Shown: positions 1-11,261 of the stretch, in pieces | Numbering within the stretch: the first letter of the stretch is position 1 | Layout of the letters: each line of letters opens with the position of its first letter | Assembly (NCBI GenBank): GCA_963719515.1 | Contig: CAVRCJ010000007.1 | Location: forward strand, 96,001 to 160,000 | DNA length: 64,000 nt | DNA from: an uncultured cyanobacterium | Lineage (GTDB): Bacteria; Cyanobacteriota; Cyanobacteriia; CAKZMO01 | Direction: 5' to 3' | Position numbers and translations under genes: made by a program | The notes under the pieces: generated by a model | Told to the model about the DNA's origin: nothing | Databases searched by the model: none | The model's input: only the letters and a program-made list of their open reading frames with translations

Positions 1-2
1 CG

Positions 3-1016
3 TTACGCCGCAGCCAAACCTTCCAGCACCGTCTTCCCGATCGCCTTGCCGCTCTCCTGCAGTTCGTGGGCTGCCCGCAGATTCTCCACCGTCAAAGCGC
101 TCCCATGGTTGTTAACGGTGGAGATCAGCGTGCCGTCATCCAGCAGCGCCGAAACCCGGTTTAGCAGCTTGTGCTGCATGTCCATATCCTCTGTCTGAAA
201 CATCGGACGGGTAAACATAAACTCCCAGCTTAAAGATAGCGCCTTGCTCTTAATCGGCACCACATCCAGCGACCTCGGGTCGTCGATTAGGGCAATGTGG
301 CCCCGAGGCTTAATCAGCGCTTGAATCGCCTCGTAGTGGCTGCCGGTATGGGTAAGCGCGGCCACATAGCGCGGCGAAATCCCCAGAGCCTTCATCTCCT
401 CGTCCAGCGGGTTGTGGTGATTGACGATGTGGTCCGCCCCCATCTTTTCCGACCACTCTCGGGTATCGTCGCGGGACGCCGTGGCAATCACCGTCAGCTT
501 CGTGAGCTGCTTCGCGAGCTGGGTCAAAATAGACCCCACGCCGCCAGCGCCGCCGATGATCAGCAGGGCCTCGCCCGCCCCTTCCCCCTCCTTCAGCCCA
601 AAGCTATCGAACAGGATTTCCCAGGCCGTAATGCTGGTCAGCGGCAGGCCTGCCGCTTCGGTAAACCCCAGCGACGACGGCTTACGGCCCACAATACGCT
701 CATCCACCAGGTGGAACTCGGCATTGGTGCCGGGCCGGGTGATGTCGCCCGCGTAGAACACCTCGTCGCCGGGCTGAAACCGCGTCACCTGAGCGCCAAC
801 CGCTTTCACAACCCCGGCAGCGTCGAAGCCCAGGATGCGGGAGCCATCCTTCAGCTGAACGCTGGCCCGCACCTTGGTATCCACCGGATTCACCGAGACC
901 CCGCGCACTTCCACCAGCAGGTCGTTCGGGCCGGGCTGGGGCTTGTCGACCTCAACCTCAATCAGAGCGTTTTCCGCTGAGATTGGCCCTGCGTCTGTGT
1001 AAGCGATCGCTTTCAT
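3..1016 (-). CDS. Zinc-type alcohol dehydrogenase-like / quinone oxidoreductase (MDR family)
   Basis: ORF begins MKAIAY and contains [16 protein letters not shown] and the Rossmann motif GGAGGVG. ATG at 1016 is preceded by an AAGGAGG ribosome-binding site. Confidence 0.9.
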   Translation of the reverse strand: MKAIAYTDAGPISAENALIEVEVDKPQPGPNDLLVEVRGVSVNPVDTKVRASVQLKDGSRILGFDAAGVVKAVGAQVTRFQPGDEVFYAGDITRPGTNAEFHLVDERIVGRKPSSLGFTEAAGLPLTSITAWEILFDSFGLKEGEGAGEALLIIGGAGGVGSILTQLAKQLTKLTVIATASRDDTREWSEKMGADHIVNHHNPLDEEMKALGISPRYVAALTHTGSHYEAIQALIKPRGHIALIDDPRSLDVVPIKSKALSLSWEFMFTRPMFQTEDMDMQHKLLNRVSALLDDGTLISTVNNHGSALTVENLRAAHELQESGKAIGKTVLEGLAAA

Positions 1017-1063
1017 CGTTATGCCTCCTTGCACTCTATGGGAAACGTTACGAGCATGATAGC

Positions 1064-1102
1064 CATTCGCGAAAAAATGATAATCAGGCTTTTCGCGAAA
1101 TG
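1064..1102. promoter_or_regulatory. Inverted repeat in the divergent promoter; probable LysR operator
   Basis: CATTCGCGAAAA (1064-1075) and TTTTCGCGAAATG (1090-1102) lie between the divergent MDR and LysR genes. Confidence 0.5.
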
Positions 1103-1124
1103 ATAGTTCGGATATTTTTGATAA

Positions 1125-2006
1125 ATGGATATCTTATCGCTCCGCTTATTCCTAAGAATTGCAGAACTCGGCGGCGTCTCGGCGGCGGCGTACGACCTGT
1201 CTCTTTCCCCCGCCAGCGCCAGCGCTCGCCTGGTCAAACTCGAGGAAACCGTCGGATTTCGGCTATTCAATAGAACAACCCGGGCCGTGTCATTGACAAC
1301 CGACGGCGAGGCATTTTTGCCCTACGCTCAGCAGACCCTAGAAACGCTAGAAGCCGGTCTAAGCGCGGTCAGAGGTCAGGGAGCGGAGGTGCAGGGTTTA
1401 TTGAGAATGACCCTGCCCGGCTCCTTTGGCCGCATGTACATTATTCCAGCACTAGCCGAGTTCCAGGCCCACTATCCGCTTGTCCGCCTCGACCTGCGGC
1501 TCTCTGACGAAGTCCTTGACGTCGTCGAGGGCGCTTACGACCTGATTATCCGCAATGCCAGCCTGGCCGACAGCAGCCTCATCGCGCGAAGGCTAGCCTC
1601 CGACCGGCGGCTGCTCGTGGCTTCTCCCGCCTATCTCAAACAGCACGGCGCTCCCGCAACGCCTCACGACCTCACCCAGCACCGCTGCATCACCTTTACT
1701 GAGAGCAACAGGTGGAAGTTTGAGGACCAGACCGTTAGCGTTCCCCGCACAATCGCGGTCAACGATGGCGAGGCCATGCGCAAACTGATCGAGCAGGGCA
1801 TGGGCATCGGCATCAAGTCCCTCTGGAACGCCAGCGAAAGTTTGAAGTCCGGACTCCTCGCCCAGGTGCTGCCGGAATACCCGCTGGTCACGGAAGCCTC
1901 TATTTGGGCCCTCTATCCCAGTCGCCGCATCGTGGCCCCGAAGGTTCGAGCCATGCTCGACTTTCTAGTGGAACGGTTTCAGCCCGTCCCACCGTGGGAA
2001 CGCTGA
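1125..2006 (+). CDS. LysR family transcriptional regulator (CrgA-like)
   Basis: N-terminal HTH ([16 protein letters not shown]...[16 protein letters not shown]) plus substrate-binding domain; divergent from the oxidoreductase. Confidence 0.93.
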   Translation: MDILSLRLFLRIAELGGVSAAAYDLSLSPASASARLVKLEETVGFRLFNRTTRAVSLTTDGEAFLPYAQQTLETLEAGLSAVRGQGAEVQGLLRMTLPGSFGRMYIIPALAEFQAHYPLVRLDLRLSDEVLDVVEGAYDLIIRNASLADSSLIARRLASDRRLLVASPAYLKQHGAPATPHDLTQHRCITFTESNRWKFEDQTVSVPRTIAVNDGEAMRKLIEQGMGIGIKSLWNASESLKSGLLAQVLPEYPLVTEASIWALYPSRRIVAPKVRAMLDFLVERFQPVPPWER

Positions 2007-2025
2007 GGCATCAGCAAAGCCTACT

Positions 2026-2649
2026 TCAGCGCCCCGCGTACCGCTCTTCCTTCCAAGGATCTCCCCGACGGTGGTACCCGTTTCGCTCCCAAAACCCCAG
2101 CGCTTCCTCGTCCAAAAACTCCAGCCCGCTAATCCACTTGGCGCTCTTCCAGGCGTAGAGATGGGGCACCACCACCCGCAGCGGCCCGCCGTGGTCCGGC
2201 GGCAGCGGCTCACCGTCGAGCTCATGGGCAAAAAAGTTCTCCTCCCGCACAAAGTCATCCAGGGGAAGATTCGTCGTATAGTCCCCGTAGCAGTGCAGCA
2301 TCACGTGGCTCGCGCTGGGCTGCACCTCCAGCTGCGCCATCACGTCCGTTACCTTGATGCCGCGCCAGGTCACATCTAGCTTCGACCAGCGGGTCACGCA
2401 GTGAAAATCCTGAGTAAATTCGGTTTGCGGCAGGGCCATTATTTCCTCCCAGCCAAAGGCGTGGGGCGTAGCGCTGCCCCACACCTTGAGCTGCCAGGTT
2501 TCTTTGCTCACCGGGGGCGTTGACCCATAGGTGAGCACCGGGAACCCCTTGGTCAAAAATTGCCCCGGCGGAGTGCGATCGCCCATTTCAGGGCCGGGTT
2601 TTTCAAAAAATTTCATGCCGAAGTACGAAGTAGGGGTGGCAACGGACAT
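2026..2649 (-). CDS. Sulfite oxidase-like molybdopterin oxidoreductase
   Basis: Motifs PPGQ, DFHCVTRWS, HGGPLR, YAWKSAKW, GFWERNGYH. Alternative start at 2616. Confidence 0.9.
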   Translation of the reverse strand: MSVATPTSYFGMKFFEKPGPEMGDRTPPGQFLTKGFPVLTYGSTPPVSKETWQLKVWGSATPHAFGWEEIMALPQTEFTQDFHCVTRWSKLDVTWRGIKVTDVMAQLEVQPSASHVMLHCYGDYTTNLPLDDFVREENFFAHELDGEPLPPDHGGPLRVVVPHLYAWKSAKWISGLEFLDEEALGFWERNGYHRRGDPWKEERYAGR

Positions 2650-2795
2650 CTTTTCGGACCGTCTAGCCGATTCTAAACCCGTCTGCGCGAAGATACCACC
2701 CCGTCCGGTCGAGCAGACTTTGCTGACACGTGCGGGGGCACAGCGATACTATTGATGCTAAACCTGCCCCTTCTGCCCCTTCCGCATCTGAACCT

Positions 2796-3866
2796 ATGTC
2801 CTCGACCGCCACGCCCGACCTCAGCGCCTACGACTGGCCCAGCCTTCTGCAGCAGCTATTGGACCAAGAGTCTCTGACCATCGAGCAGGCCTCTACCCTC
2901 ATGCAGGGCTGGCTAACCGAGGCCATTTCTCCCGTTTTATCAGGGGCTATTCTCGCCGCCATCCAGGCTAAAAACGTGTCGCCCACCGAGCTAGCGGGCA
3001 TGGCCCAGGTACTTCAAAGCCAGTCCCAACCGAAGACCAAAACCGACTTTCCCACGCCGCTGATAGACACCTGCGGCACCGGGGGAGACGGAGCCTCCAC
3101 GTTCAATATTTCCACCGCCGTTGCCTTCGTCGCCGCAGCGGCAGGCATTCCCGTCGCCAAGCACGGCAACCGCGCCGCCTCCAGCAAAGTGGGGTCCGCC
3201 GATGTGCTCGAAGGGCTAGGGATCAACCTCCGCGCTCCCCTAGAAAAAGTAGAAGCCGCCGTTGAGACGGTGGGGATAACGTTTTTGTTTGCCCCCGGCT
3301 GGCACCCGGCGATGAAGTCGGTAGTGCCCTTCCGCAAAGCGCTAAAAGTGCGCACGGTGTTCAATCTTTTGGGGCCATTGGTCAACCCGCTGCCGATTAC
3401 CGGCCAGGTAATAGGGGTCTACCATCCCGGCTTGGTGTCCACGGTTGCCCAGGCGCTCCAGCTTTTGGGGCGTCCCCAGGCCATCGTCCTCCATGCCCAA
3501 GAGGGACTAGACGAGGCGGGTCTCGCGGATGTCACCCACATGGCGACGGTGTGGCGCAACCAGGTCACACCCGTGACGCTCAAGCCAAGTGACTTAGGAA
3601 TTGCGCAGTCCCCGACCTCAGCGCTAAAAGGCGGCGACCTTCAGGAGAATATAGACATCTTAAAGGCCGTGCTTAAGGGCAAAGGCACTCAGGCTCAGCA
3701 GGACGTGGTGGCCCTTAACGCAGCGCTAGCCCTGACCACCGCCGGAGAGGTCGGTGAGCCAGGGCTAGCAACGTATCAGACTCAGCTCGAGCGGGCCCGC
3801 TCGATTCTCTCTAGCGGTGCGGCTTGGGAGAAGGTGGAGGCCTTAATCGAAGCGCTGAAAGATTGA
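2796..3866 (+). CDS. trpD: Anthranilate phosphoribosyltransferase
   Basis: Motifs [40 protein letters not shown]. Confidence 0.96.
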   Translation: MSSTATPDLSAYDWPSLLQQLLDQESLTIEQASTLMQGWLTEAISPVLSGAILAAIQAKNVSPTELAGMAQVLQSQSQPKTKTDFPTPLIDTCGTGGDGASTFNISTAVAFVAAAAGIPVAKHGNRAASSKVGSADVLEGLGINLRAPLEKVEAAVETVGITFLFAPGWHPAMKSVVPFRKALKVRTVFNLLGPLVNPLPITGQVIGVYHPGLVSTVAQALQLLGRPQAIVLHAQEGLDEAGLADVTHMATVWRNQVTPVTLKPSDLGIAQSPTSALKGGDLQENIDILKAVLKGKGTQAQQDVVALNAALALTTAGEVGEPGLATYQTQLERARSILSSGAAWEKVEALIEALKD

Positions 3867-3893
3867 GGTGTTAAAAATTTGAGGCACTAAAAA

Positions 3894-3938
3894 GTTAAGG
3901 GAGCGATCGCCTTTTATTTCAGCGATCGCTCCCTCAAC
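3894..3938. terminator. Hairpin between convergent trpD and crhR; each arm contains HIP1
   Basis: GTTAAGGGAGCGATCGC (3894-3910) pairs with GCGATCGCTCCCTCAAC (3922-3938), 16/17 complementary. Confidence 0.65.
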
Positions 3939-3953
3939 CTAATCTAGTCGGAC

Positions 3954-5366
3954 CTAGTTGTGCTTAGAAGAGACAGAGTCCCGAGAGTCCCGGCTGCGGC
4001 GCGGGCTGGGGCGGCCACCCCGGCGCGATCGCGGCTTGGGCGTCGACATCGACTCGTGGTCAACCCGCGTTTGCACGGGGCGAATCTTGTCGTAGGCCAT
4101 CTGCAGCGCGGCGGCGGCTACAGTGTGGGGCTCGTAGTTTTCGCTCAGCTGGGCCACGATGGGCAAGAACGAGGCGACCCGCTCGCCGACGAGCACTTCC
4201 TCAATCTGAGACTTGAGCTTTTGCAGGTGACGAGCCTCGATGTCAGCGCGGGTGGGGATGTTGGCCCACTCCAGCTTTTGCCGGGTGTGGTTCTCAATGT
4301 CGCGAATCTTGCGCTTGTCGAGGGGGTGCACCAGGGTGATGGCAGCGCCCTCCTTCCCGGCTCGGCCCGTGCGGCCAATGCGGTGAACGTAGTTCTCGAC
4401 GCTGTCGGGCAGGTCGTAGTTGATGACGTGGGTGAGGTCTTCAACGTGCAGACCCCGCGCCGCGATGTCAGTGGCCACGACCCAGCGCACCTGGCGCTGC
4501 TTAAAGCGCAGCATCAGCCGCTCCCGCTGAGACTGACTCAGGTCGCCGTGGTATTCGTCGACGCTGTGGCCCGCGGCCTGCAGCTGCCGGGTGAGGTCTG
4601 CTGCGGTGCGGCGGGTGCGCACAAAGACAATGGCAGATTCAGGGTCTTCCATTTCGAGGATGGGCTGCAGCGCTCGGGCCTTGCTCCAGCCGCGAGGCAG
4701 CATGTAGGCCGTCTCCACAACCCGGCTGGGCGTGGCCTGGGGCTGCTCAACGGTGATGGTGACGGGCGATCGCAGGAACTTCGCGGCCAGCGCCCGAACT
4801 GCGGGGGCCATGGTGGCCGAGAAGAAGGCGGTTTGGCGCTCTGAAGGAGCCTGGGCCAAAATGCGTTCGACGTCTTGGATGAAGCCCATGTTGAGCATCT
4901 CGTCCGCCTCGTCAAGCACGAGCCACTCTAGGGTGTCGAGCTTTAGCTCACCTCGATTGAGCAGGTCTAGAATGCGCCCCGGCGTGCCGACAACAATCTG
5001 AGTGCCGCGTCGCAGCTGCTTAATTTGCCGGTCGATGGCCTGGCCGCCGTATACCGACAGCACGTGGACGCGGCGATCGTCGTTGAAGCCGCGAATGGCC
5101 TGATAGACCTGCTGTGCCAGCTCGCGGGTGGGCGTGAGAACCAGCGCCTGCACCCCTTTAGCGTTGGGGTCAACTTGCTCTAGCAGCGGCAGCGCAAAGG
5201 CCGCCGTTTTGCCGGTTCCCGTTTGGGCCTGGCCGACAACGTCTCTACCTGCTAAAAGCGGCGGGATCGCCTCTGCCTGAATTGCAGTGGGCTGCGTATA
5301 TCCCACTTTCTCAAGGGATTGTACGCGGGCTTCTGAGAGGCCCAAGGTGTTAAATGACAAGTCCAT
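3954..5366 (-). CDS. crhR: DEAD-box RNA helicase CrhR
   Basis: Q motif, AQTGTGKT, PTRELA, DEAD, SAT, HRIGRTGRAG; directly downstream of rimO, as in the known cyanobacterial rimO-crhR operon. Confidence 0.9.
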   Translation of the reverse strand: MDLSFNTLGLSEARVQSLEKVGYTQPTAIQAEAIPPLLAGRDVVGQAQTGTGKTAAFALPLLEQVDPNAKGVQALVLTPTRELAQQVYQAIRGFNDDRRVHVLSVYGGQAIDRQIKQLRRGTQIVVGTPGRILDLLNRGELKLDTLEWLVLDEADEMLNMGFIQDVERILAQAPSERQTAFFSATMAPAVRALAAKFLRSPVTITVEQPQATPSRVVETAYMLPRGWSKARALQPILEMEDPESAIVFVRTRRTAADLTRQLQAAGHSVDEYHGDLSQSQRERLMLRFKQRQVRWVVATDIAARGLHVEDLTHVINYDLPDSVENYVHRIGRTGRAGKEGAAITLVHPLDKRKIRDIENHTRQKLEWANIPTRADIEARHLQKLKSQIEEVLVGERVASFLPIVAQLSENYEPHTVAAAALQMAYDKIRPVQTRVDHESMSTPKPRSRRGGRPSPRRSRDSRDSVSSKHN

Positions 5367-5380
5367 CCGTGTCTCCTGTA

Positions 5381-6742
5381 TTAAATAGTCGAGACACGTC
5401 GGAGCGCGCCTCTAAGCTGAGTTTGAGGGTTTGCAACATGACCGTACAGGTCGTAGATATCTGCATGGGTAATTTCGGCAGGCACAATGCTGCCGAGCGG
5501 GGCGCTGCCTTCGAGATAGACTACCCCATCGACGTCAGGCGCAAATCGCGCCGAGCGGCCTACAAGCTGCCCAGTTCCGGGGTGCTCTTGCTCGACAAGA
5601 ACATCGACAACATGGCCTACCTCAGCAGCATTCCTCTCTTGAGAAATGGGCTGCTGAATTAGCATCAGCCGTTCTAAACGGTCGTCCATTACGGCTTGAG
5701 GCACAGGGTTCGGCAGACTGTACGCCGCCGTTCCCTCTTCTGGAGAGAAGGTGAATCCCCCGACATGGTCAAACCGATGGCGCTGAACAAACTGCAGCAG
5801 GTGCTCGAACTGCGCGTCGGTTTCACCGGGAAATCCGACAATGAACGTTGTGCGCAACACCGCATCGGGGAGCTCTGCCTTGAGAGCTTCGATAACCCTA
5901 TCGTTGACCTGTCCCTGCCAAGGCCGATTCATGGCCTTGAGAACATCGGGGTGAGAATGCTGTAGAGGCAAGTCTAAATAAGGTAGCACATTGGGCGTGT
6001 CTTTGATGGCGGCAATCACCTCAGGCGTGAGGCCGGTGGGATAGGCATAGTGCATGCGAATCCAGGGAACCTCCACCTCACCCAAAGCCCGCAGCAGCTC
6101 GGCTAGCTGCGGCTTGCCGTAGCGATCGAGCCCGTAGTTGGTGGTAATTTGAGAAATAAGCACCAGCTCTTGGACGCCCTGAGCCGCTAGGTCAGTGGCC
6201 TCCGCCACAATGGATTCAATAGAGCGCGATCGCTGCTTGCCGCGCAGGGTGGGAATAATGCAGAAGGCGCAGCGATAGTCGCACCCCTCCGCTACCCGCA
6301 GGTAGGCCGTTCCCTCGGCGGTGGTTCGGTAGCGAGGTACGGTCTCGTCGGCAATATAGGTGGGCTGCTGGGAAATTTCTTTAACCCGCTCCCCCTGCTC
6401 CACCCGCTCGATTACCTCGACAATTTTTTGGTAATCTCCAGTGCCCACCACCGCCACCGCTTCGGGGATCTCCTCCAGCAGCTCTTCTTGAAAATGCTGC
6501 GCCATACAGCCTGCAATGACGACCTTTTTGCCCGCCTCGGCTAGCTCAACTAAAGCCTTCACAGACTCCTCGCGAGCCGCTTGAATGAAGCTGCAGGTGT
6601 TGACGACGACATAATCAGCCTCGTCTTCAGGGTTGCCCACCTCGTAGCCCGACTGCGCGAGCAGACCTAACATATGCTCGGTGTCGATCCTGTTTTTCTC
6701 ACACCCCAAGTGGGAGATGGCAACCGTTGGCTTTGTGCCCAT
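5381..6742 (-). CDS. rimO: Ribosomal protein S12 methylthiotransferase
   Basis: HLGCEKN, NTCSFI, radical-[12 protein letters not shown]-terminal TRAM domain. Confidence 0.96.
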   Translation of the reverse strand: MGTKPTVAISHLGCEKNRIDTEHMLGLLAQSGYEVGNPEDEADYVVVNTCSFIQAAREESVKALVELAEAGKKVVIAGCMAQHFQEELLEEIPEAVAVVGTGDYQKIVEVIERVEQGERVKEISQQPTYIADETVPRYRTTAEGTAYLRVAEGCDYRCAFCIIPTLRGKQRSRSIESIVAEATDLAAQGVQELVLISQITTNYGLDRYGKPQLAELLRALGEVEVPWIRMHYAYPTGLTPEVIAAIKDTPNVLPYLDLPLQHSHPDVLKAMNRPWQGQVNDRVIEALKAELPDAVLRTTFIVGFPGETDAQFEHLLQFVQRHRFDHVGGFTFSPEEGTAAYSLPNPVPQAVMDDRLERLMLIQQPISQERNAAEVGHVVDVLVEQEHPGTGQLVGRSARFAPDVDGVVYLEGSAPLGSIVPAEITHADIYDLYGHVANPQTQLRGALRRVSTI

Positions 6743-7314
6743 AGACTCCTAAACTTACTTCTTTACTAGACGCGAAACTAATAGTGATTACAGCGTCGAT
6801 AACACTCTGTTCAACCCGATTGGGCGATCGCCCGGTTCGCATCAGTTCTTTTAGGGCGCTTCAAGCGGTGCACCTGCAGGACCTGATTGGCCCATTGGGA
6901 GCGCCGAAGAGCGCGCCGATAATTGACCCGACTCGTCATCAGATTGCCTAGCCGACTCTCCAACAGCGTTTGAGCCTTTTGGCTGACGACATATGCAAGC
7001 CGTATGGGTCTGTTGTTGGATAAGTTATGTAAACAACGCTTCTGGACCATCCTATCGTAAAAATACATAACAATGTGATCGACTTTGAGGAAGTCGTGAT
7101 AGAAGGGTTTGACTTGCCGGTGCCGAACTGAGGCTGAGTCCCGGGGACGCGTGCCGTCGGCGCTGCCGGAAGAAACTGGATGGAGGTCGCTTTGCTGCCA
7201 ATTATTCGATAGGATCTGGAGTGGCCCTATTAGGCTTTCAAGATAAGCTTTCAAGACGCTCTTTGAAACCATTGGACCTTTGACCTCAGACCGTGTGGGC
7301 TAACGTGGAGATAC

Positions 7315-8178
7315 GTGGATTTACGTCAGGTATTTAAGACTTCAAACCCAATTGTCGGTGTTGTTCACCTGCAGCCTTTGCCGACGTCACCCCGCTGGGG
7401 CGGAGACCTCAAGGCGGTGATCGCCAGAGCCGAGCAGGAAGCCGCTGCCCTCGCCTCGGGCGGCGTCGACGGCATTATTGTCGAGAATTTCTTCGATGCC
7501 CCCTTTACCAAAGCGCCTGCCGATCCCGCCGTGGTCAGCGCCATGAGCCTCATCGTGCATCGGCTGATGAATTTGGTTACCCTGCCCTTCGGAATCAACG
7601 TGTTGCGCAACGACGCCCGCAGCGCTCTGGCGATCGCAAGCTGTACCGGGGCTCAGTTTATTCGGGTCAACGTGCTCACGAGCGTCATGGCCACTGACCA
7701 AGGCCTAATTGAGGGGGACGCCCACCGGCTGCTGCGCTATCGTCGCGAGCTGGGCAGCGATGTGAAAATTTTGGCCGACGTGCTGGTGAAGCACGCCCGT
7801 CCCTTGGGGGCACCCAACCTGACCACAGCGGTGCAAGAGACCATCGAGCGGGGGCTGGCCGACGGGGTGATTCTATCGGGCTGGTCCACGGGGTCGCCTC
7901 CGAATAAAGAAGATTTAGAGCTGGCGATGGCGGCCTCTAAGGGCGTCCCGGTGTTTATCGGCAGCGGTGCCACCTGGGAGAACATTCCCAACTTGATTCA
8001 GGCCGCTTCCGGCGTGATCGTTTCGTCGTCCCTGAAGCGCAAAGGCCAGATCGCCCAGCCCGTCGACCCCATTCGCGTCAGCCGGTTTGTCGATGCCATG
8101 CGTCTGGGGCTCGCCCAAGCAGCAGCCACACATGAGCCAGGTGCCGTCCCTACCTATTCCGAGCCCTGCCCCGAGTAG
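7315..8178 (+). CDS. btpA: Photosystem I biogenesis protein BtpA
   Basis: GVVHLQPLPTSPRWGG, VENFFDAPF, GINVLRND, ADVLVKH; GTG start after GGAG. Confidence 0.92.
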   Translation: MDLRQVFKTSNPIVGVVHLQPLPTSPRWGGDLKAVIARAEQEAAALASGGVDGIIVENFFDAPFTKAPADPAVVSAMSLIVHRLMNLVTLPFGINVLRNDARSALAIASCTGAQFIRVNVLTSVMATDQGLIEGDAHRLLRYRRELGSDVKILADVLVKHARPLGAPNLTTAVQETIERGLADGVILSGWSTGSPPNKEDLELAMAASKGVPVFIGSGATWENIPNLIQAASGVIVSSSLKRKGQIAQPVDPIRVSRFVDAMRLGLAQAAATHEPGAVPTYSEPCPE

Positions 8179-8295
8179 AAACAGAGCGCTGCCCTGTCCT
8201 GCTTTCCCCCGGCGGTCTAATCCTGCAGCCCCACAGCCCAGCGCAGTGATAAAAGCTGATACCCTGAAGGGCGTTGTGACTCTTACCCACAAGCC

Positions 8296-10050
8296 TTGCC
8301 CCAACGCTCCCGCTACCGGCAGCTTTTGCCCTACATTCAACGCCACTGGCGCACCATCGCCCAGGCGCTGCTCTGCACTGCAGTATTCACCATCTTCTGG
8401 CCCTTCTTGGCCTGGATCGCTGGGGAAATGCTGGGGGCGTTAGCGGCGGGTGAAGTGGGGACATTAGCGCGGCTAGCCGGGGTGACCACGCTGCTGTTTT
8501 TGGTGCAAAAGTTAGCCCAGTACGGACAAGACGCGCTCATGGCCCGGGCAGCTCTGCGCATCGCCTTCGACCTGCGGCTCGACACTTACGCTCACCTACA
8601 AACCCTCAGCCTCGGCTACTTCGAGACTGCGAAAACCGGGGATCTCTCCTACCGACTCACAGAAGATATTGACCGGGTGGGTGAAGTAATCAACAAGCTG
8701 TTTCACGACTTTGTGCCCTGTCTGCTGCAGCTGGTGGTGGTCTTTGGCTACATGGTCTACCTCAATTGGCAGCTGACCCTCGCCACCCTGGTGATGGTAC
8801 CGCTGCTGGCGGTGCTGATTGGCTGGTTCGGCGATCGCATGCTGGCCGCCTCCCGCCGCAGCCAAAACCGGGTTTCCGACTTGTCGTCTTTGGTCACTGA
8901 AACGGTGAGCGGCATGCGCATCATCCAGGCCTTTTCCGCCGAAGCCTTTGAGCTAGAGCGGTTTCGCCAAGAGGCTGAGCGCAACCGTCAGGCCCAGTAC
9001 CGCACCGCTTGGCTGCGGGCCGTTCAGTTCCCCGTAGTGGGGTTCCTCTACGCCATCAGCATTTTGCTGCTGCTGCTGCTGGGAGGCTGGCAGATTGCGG
9101 CGGGCAACCTCACCGGGGAAGCCTTTGGCAGCTATGTGGCGGCCGTGCTGCTGCTGATTGACCCCATCGCCCACATTACCGATAACTACAGCCAATTTAA
9201 ACAGGGGGAGGCGTCGGTAGACCGCATCTTTGAGCTGCTGGCTCTGCAGCCCGCCGTGGTGGATTTGCCCCAGGCTAGGCCGCTGCCGCCCGTGGCGGGG
9301 CGGGTGGAATACCGGGCCGTTAGCTTTGCCTACGGGGAGCAGCCGGTGCTGCGGGACTTGACCCTCAAGGTGGCCCCTGGAGAAGCGATCGCCTTGGTCG
9401 GCCCTAGTGGGTCAGGTAAGACGACCCTGGTGAACCTGCTGCCGCGCTTCTACGATCCCCAGGGGGGACAAATTCTGATCGACGGCATCGATATTCGCGA
9501 CGTGGGCCTGCGCAGCCTCAGGCGGCAAATCGGCATCGTTCCCCAAGATACGCTGCTGTTTTCCGGCACCATCGCCCAAAACATCGCCTTTGGGCAGCGC
9601 GATGTTGACCTGGCGCAAATCGAGGCGGCGGCCACCGTCGCCAATGCCCACCGCTTCATCCAGGGATTTTCCCAGGGCTACAGCACCTATGTGGGAGAGC
9701 GGGGCGTCAACCTATCCGGCGGGCAGCGGCAGCGGCTGGCGATCGCCCGAGCGGTGCTGCTCGATCCCCGCATTTTAATTTTGGATGAGGCCACCTCGGC
9801 TCTGGACTCTGAGTCGGAGGCCCTGGTACAGCAGGCCCTAGAGCGGCTGATGCTGGGGCGCACCGTGTTCATCATTGCCCACCGGTTGGGCACGGTGCGG
9901 CGGGCCGACCGAATTATGGTGGTGGAGCAGGGCCGCATCGTGGAAACGGGCACCCATGAGGAACTGTTGGCCAAAGGCGATCGCTACGCCGCGCTGCACG
10001 ACCAGCAGTTTGCGCTGTCCTTCCGCCCCGATATAACCAGGCCGAATTGA
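8296..10050 (+). CDS. ABC transporter permease/ATP-binding protein (MsbA-like exporter)
   Basis: Transmembrane domain, Walker A GPSGSGKT, LSGGQRQR, ILILDEATSALD. Confidence 0.93.
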   Translation: MPQRSRYRQLLPYIQRHWRTIAQALLCTAVFTIFWPFLAWIAGEMLGALAAGEVGTLARLAGVTTLLFLVQKLAQYGQDALMARAALRIAFDLRLDTYAHLQTLSLGYFETAKTGDLSYRLTEDIDRVGEVINKLFHDFVPCLLQLVVVFGYMVYLNWQLTLATLVMVPLLAVLIGWFGDRMLAASRRSQNRVSDLSSLVTETVSGMRIIQAFSAEAFELERFRQEAERNRQAQYRTAWLRAVQFPVVGFLYAISILLLLLLGGWQIAAGNLTGEAFGSYVAAVLLLIDPIAHITDNYSQFKQGEASVDRIFELLALQPAVVDLPQARPLPPVAGRVEYRAVSFAYGEQPVLRDLTLKVAPGEAIALVGPSGSGKTTLVNLLPRFYDPQGGQILIDGIDIRDVGLRSLRRQIGIVPQDTLLFSGTIAQNIAFGQRDVDLAQIEAAATVANAHRFIQGFSQGYSTYVGERGVNLSGGQRQRLAIARAVLLDPRILILDEATSALDSESEALVQQALERLMLGRTVFIIAHRLGTVRRADRIMVVEQGRIVETGTHEELLAKGDRYAALHDQQFALSFRPDITRPN

Positions 10051-10084
10051 TTATCATGGAAACGACCTATCTCGGGCTGCTCCG

Positions 10085-10495
10085 ATGAAGTCTTCTTCGA
10101 CTACCTTAAGGCCTCGGCAGCGCGGCAAAGCGATCGTGCTGGCGCTCGCTGGCATCCTGCTCCCAGGGATCCACAAGTTTTACCTGGGCGAATGGCGCTG
10201 GGGCATTGTTTATCTGCTGACTTACTTCACGTCCATTCCCCAGATTGCCAGCGTCATTGAAGGGGTGTGGTATGGCTTGATGAGTGACGAAGTGTTTGAC
10301 CACAACTTCAATCAGCGCTATCTGCTAATGCGTCAGGCTCAGACCCTGCAGACAGTGCAGAACTTTCCGGACCCAAAGCAGGTGCAGTCTGTCGCTGAGG
10401 CGCTGCGTCAGCTTGATCAGCTCCGCCAAGACGGATTAATCTCAGAGTATGAGTTTGAGCAAAAGCGCCGCCAGTGGCTAGACCGTATAGACTGA
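10085..10495 (+). CDS. NINE (TM2) domain protein with C-terminal SHOCT domain
   Basis: GIHKFYLG (TM2) and LRQLDQLRQDGLISEYEFEQKRRQ (SHOCT). Confidence 0.85.
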   Translation: MKSSSTTLRPRQRGKAIVLALAGILLPGIHKFYLGEWRWGIVYLLTYFTSIPQIASVIEGVWYGLMSDEVFDHNFNQRYLLMRQAQTLQTVQNFPDPKQVQSVAEALRQLDQLRQDGLISEYEFEQKRRQWLDRID

Positions 10496-10530
10496 TGGCT
10501 GGGTGGAGTTAGGGATTGTAGGGCAACGCT

Positions 10531-11076
10531 GTGGAGCTAAAGCGCTGGATTGGGGGATTAAGGCGATCGCTAGACAGCGAGGCGCGAACCCGCGTGCTGG
10601 AGATTCAGCAAAATCCCTACTGCCGGCTGTGCACCCTGGATGATGTGGCGATCGCCGTGGAGCTGGGTCTATTTATCGACGCTAACCGGGCGGGGGTGGA
10701 CGACTGGCTGCGCCTGCCTCACCTCTCGATTCACCAGGCGCGCCAGCTGGTGGCGCTACGACAGGCAGGCGTGGTGTTCTACTGCCTAGAGGATGTGTCG
10801 AGTGGTTTAGGGGTGTCGACCGCCGTATTGCAGCAGTTTTCTATGCTGATTCAGTTTCGATATTATTCGGTCGACGAAACCAGTATTGGAGGACTGAATC
10901 CAAACTACGCGCCGCTGACGGCTCTCGCGGAGCTTCCCGGCGTTAGTGAGGAGGTTGCCCGCTCCATCGTGATGACCCGCGAGGCGGCGCCGTTTCGCGA
11001 TTTGGTCGACCTGCAGCGTCGTCTTGGTCTGCCTCGGGACGTTGTGAACCAGCTGCTGCATTATCTACGGTTTTAA
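10531..11076 (+). CDS. ComEA-family helix-hairpin-helix DNA-binding protein
   Basis: Two HhH-like repeats (IDANRAGVDDWLRLP; LNPNYAPLTALAELPGV...PFRDLVDLQRRL). Confidence 0.8.
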   Translation: MELKRWIGGLRRSLDSEARTRVLEIQQNPYCRLCTLDDVAIAVELGLFIDANRAGVDDWLRLPHLSIHQARQLVALRQAGVVFYCLEDVSSGLGVSTAVLQQFSMLIQFRYYSVDETSIGGLNPNYAPLTALAELPGVSEEVARSIVMTREAAPFRDLVDLQRRLGLPRDVVNQLLHYLRF

Positions 11077-11149
11077 GCCCTGTCTAAATTGGGAAACTCC
11101 GCTTCCCAAAAAGTTTTCAGTTGATCTGCGGCCTGAGTTTCCAAAAACA

Positions 11150-11177
11150 GAGTGATGCGTATCGAGTGATGCGTATT
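11150..11177 (+). repeat. 14-bp tandem duplication upstream of thyX
   Basis: GAGTGATGCGTATC GAGTGATGCGTATT. Confidence 0.8.
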
Positions 11178-11261
11178 GAAGCGTTACATCCCTAGCAAAA
11201 CGCTATTCTATCCTGCTATCGTAGGGGTCTCGTACCTACGCTACAGGTTGAGGTTTTGTTT

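Noticed and set aside
3960..4844. 294-aa antisense ORF over crhR, and similar shadow ORFs (297-980, 21693-22316, 21724-22503, 22713-23336, 47046-47729)
   Set aside because: They fully overlap well-supported genes, carry no motifs, and are expected from GC-rich codon bias.
6811..7272. 153-aa ORF between rimO and btpA
   Set aside because: No recognisable motif and it spans an AT-rich promoter-like segment; probably the divergent promoter/leader region, though not formally excluded.
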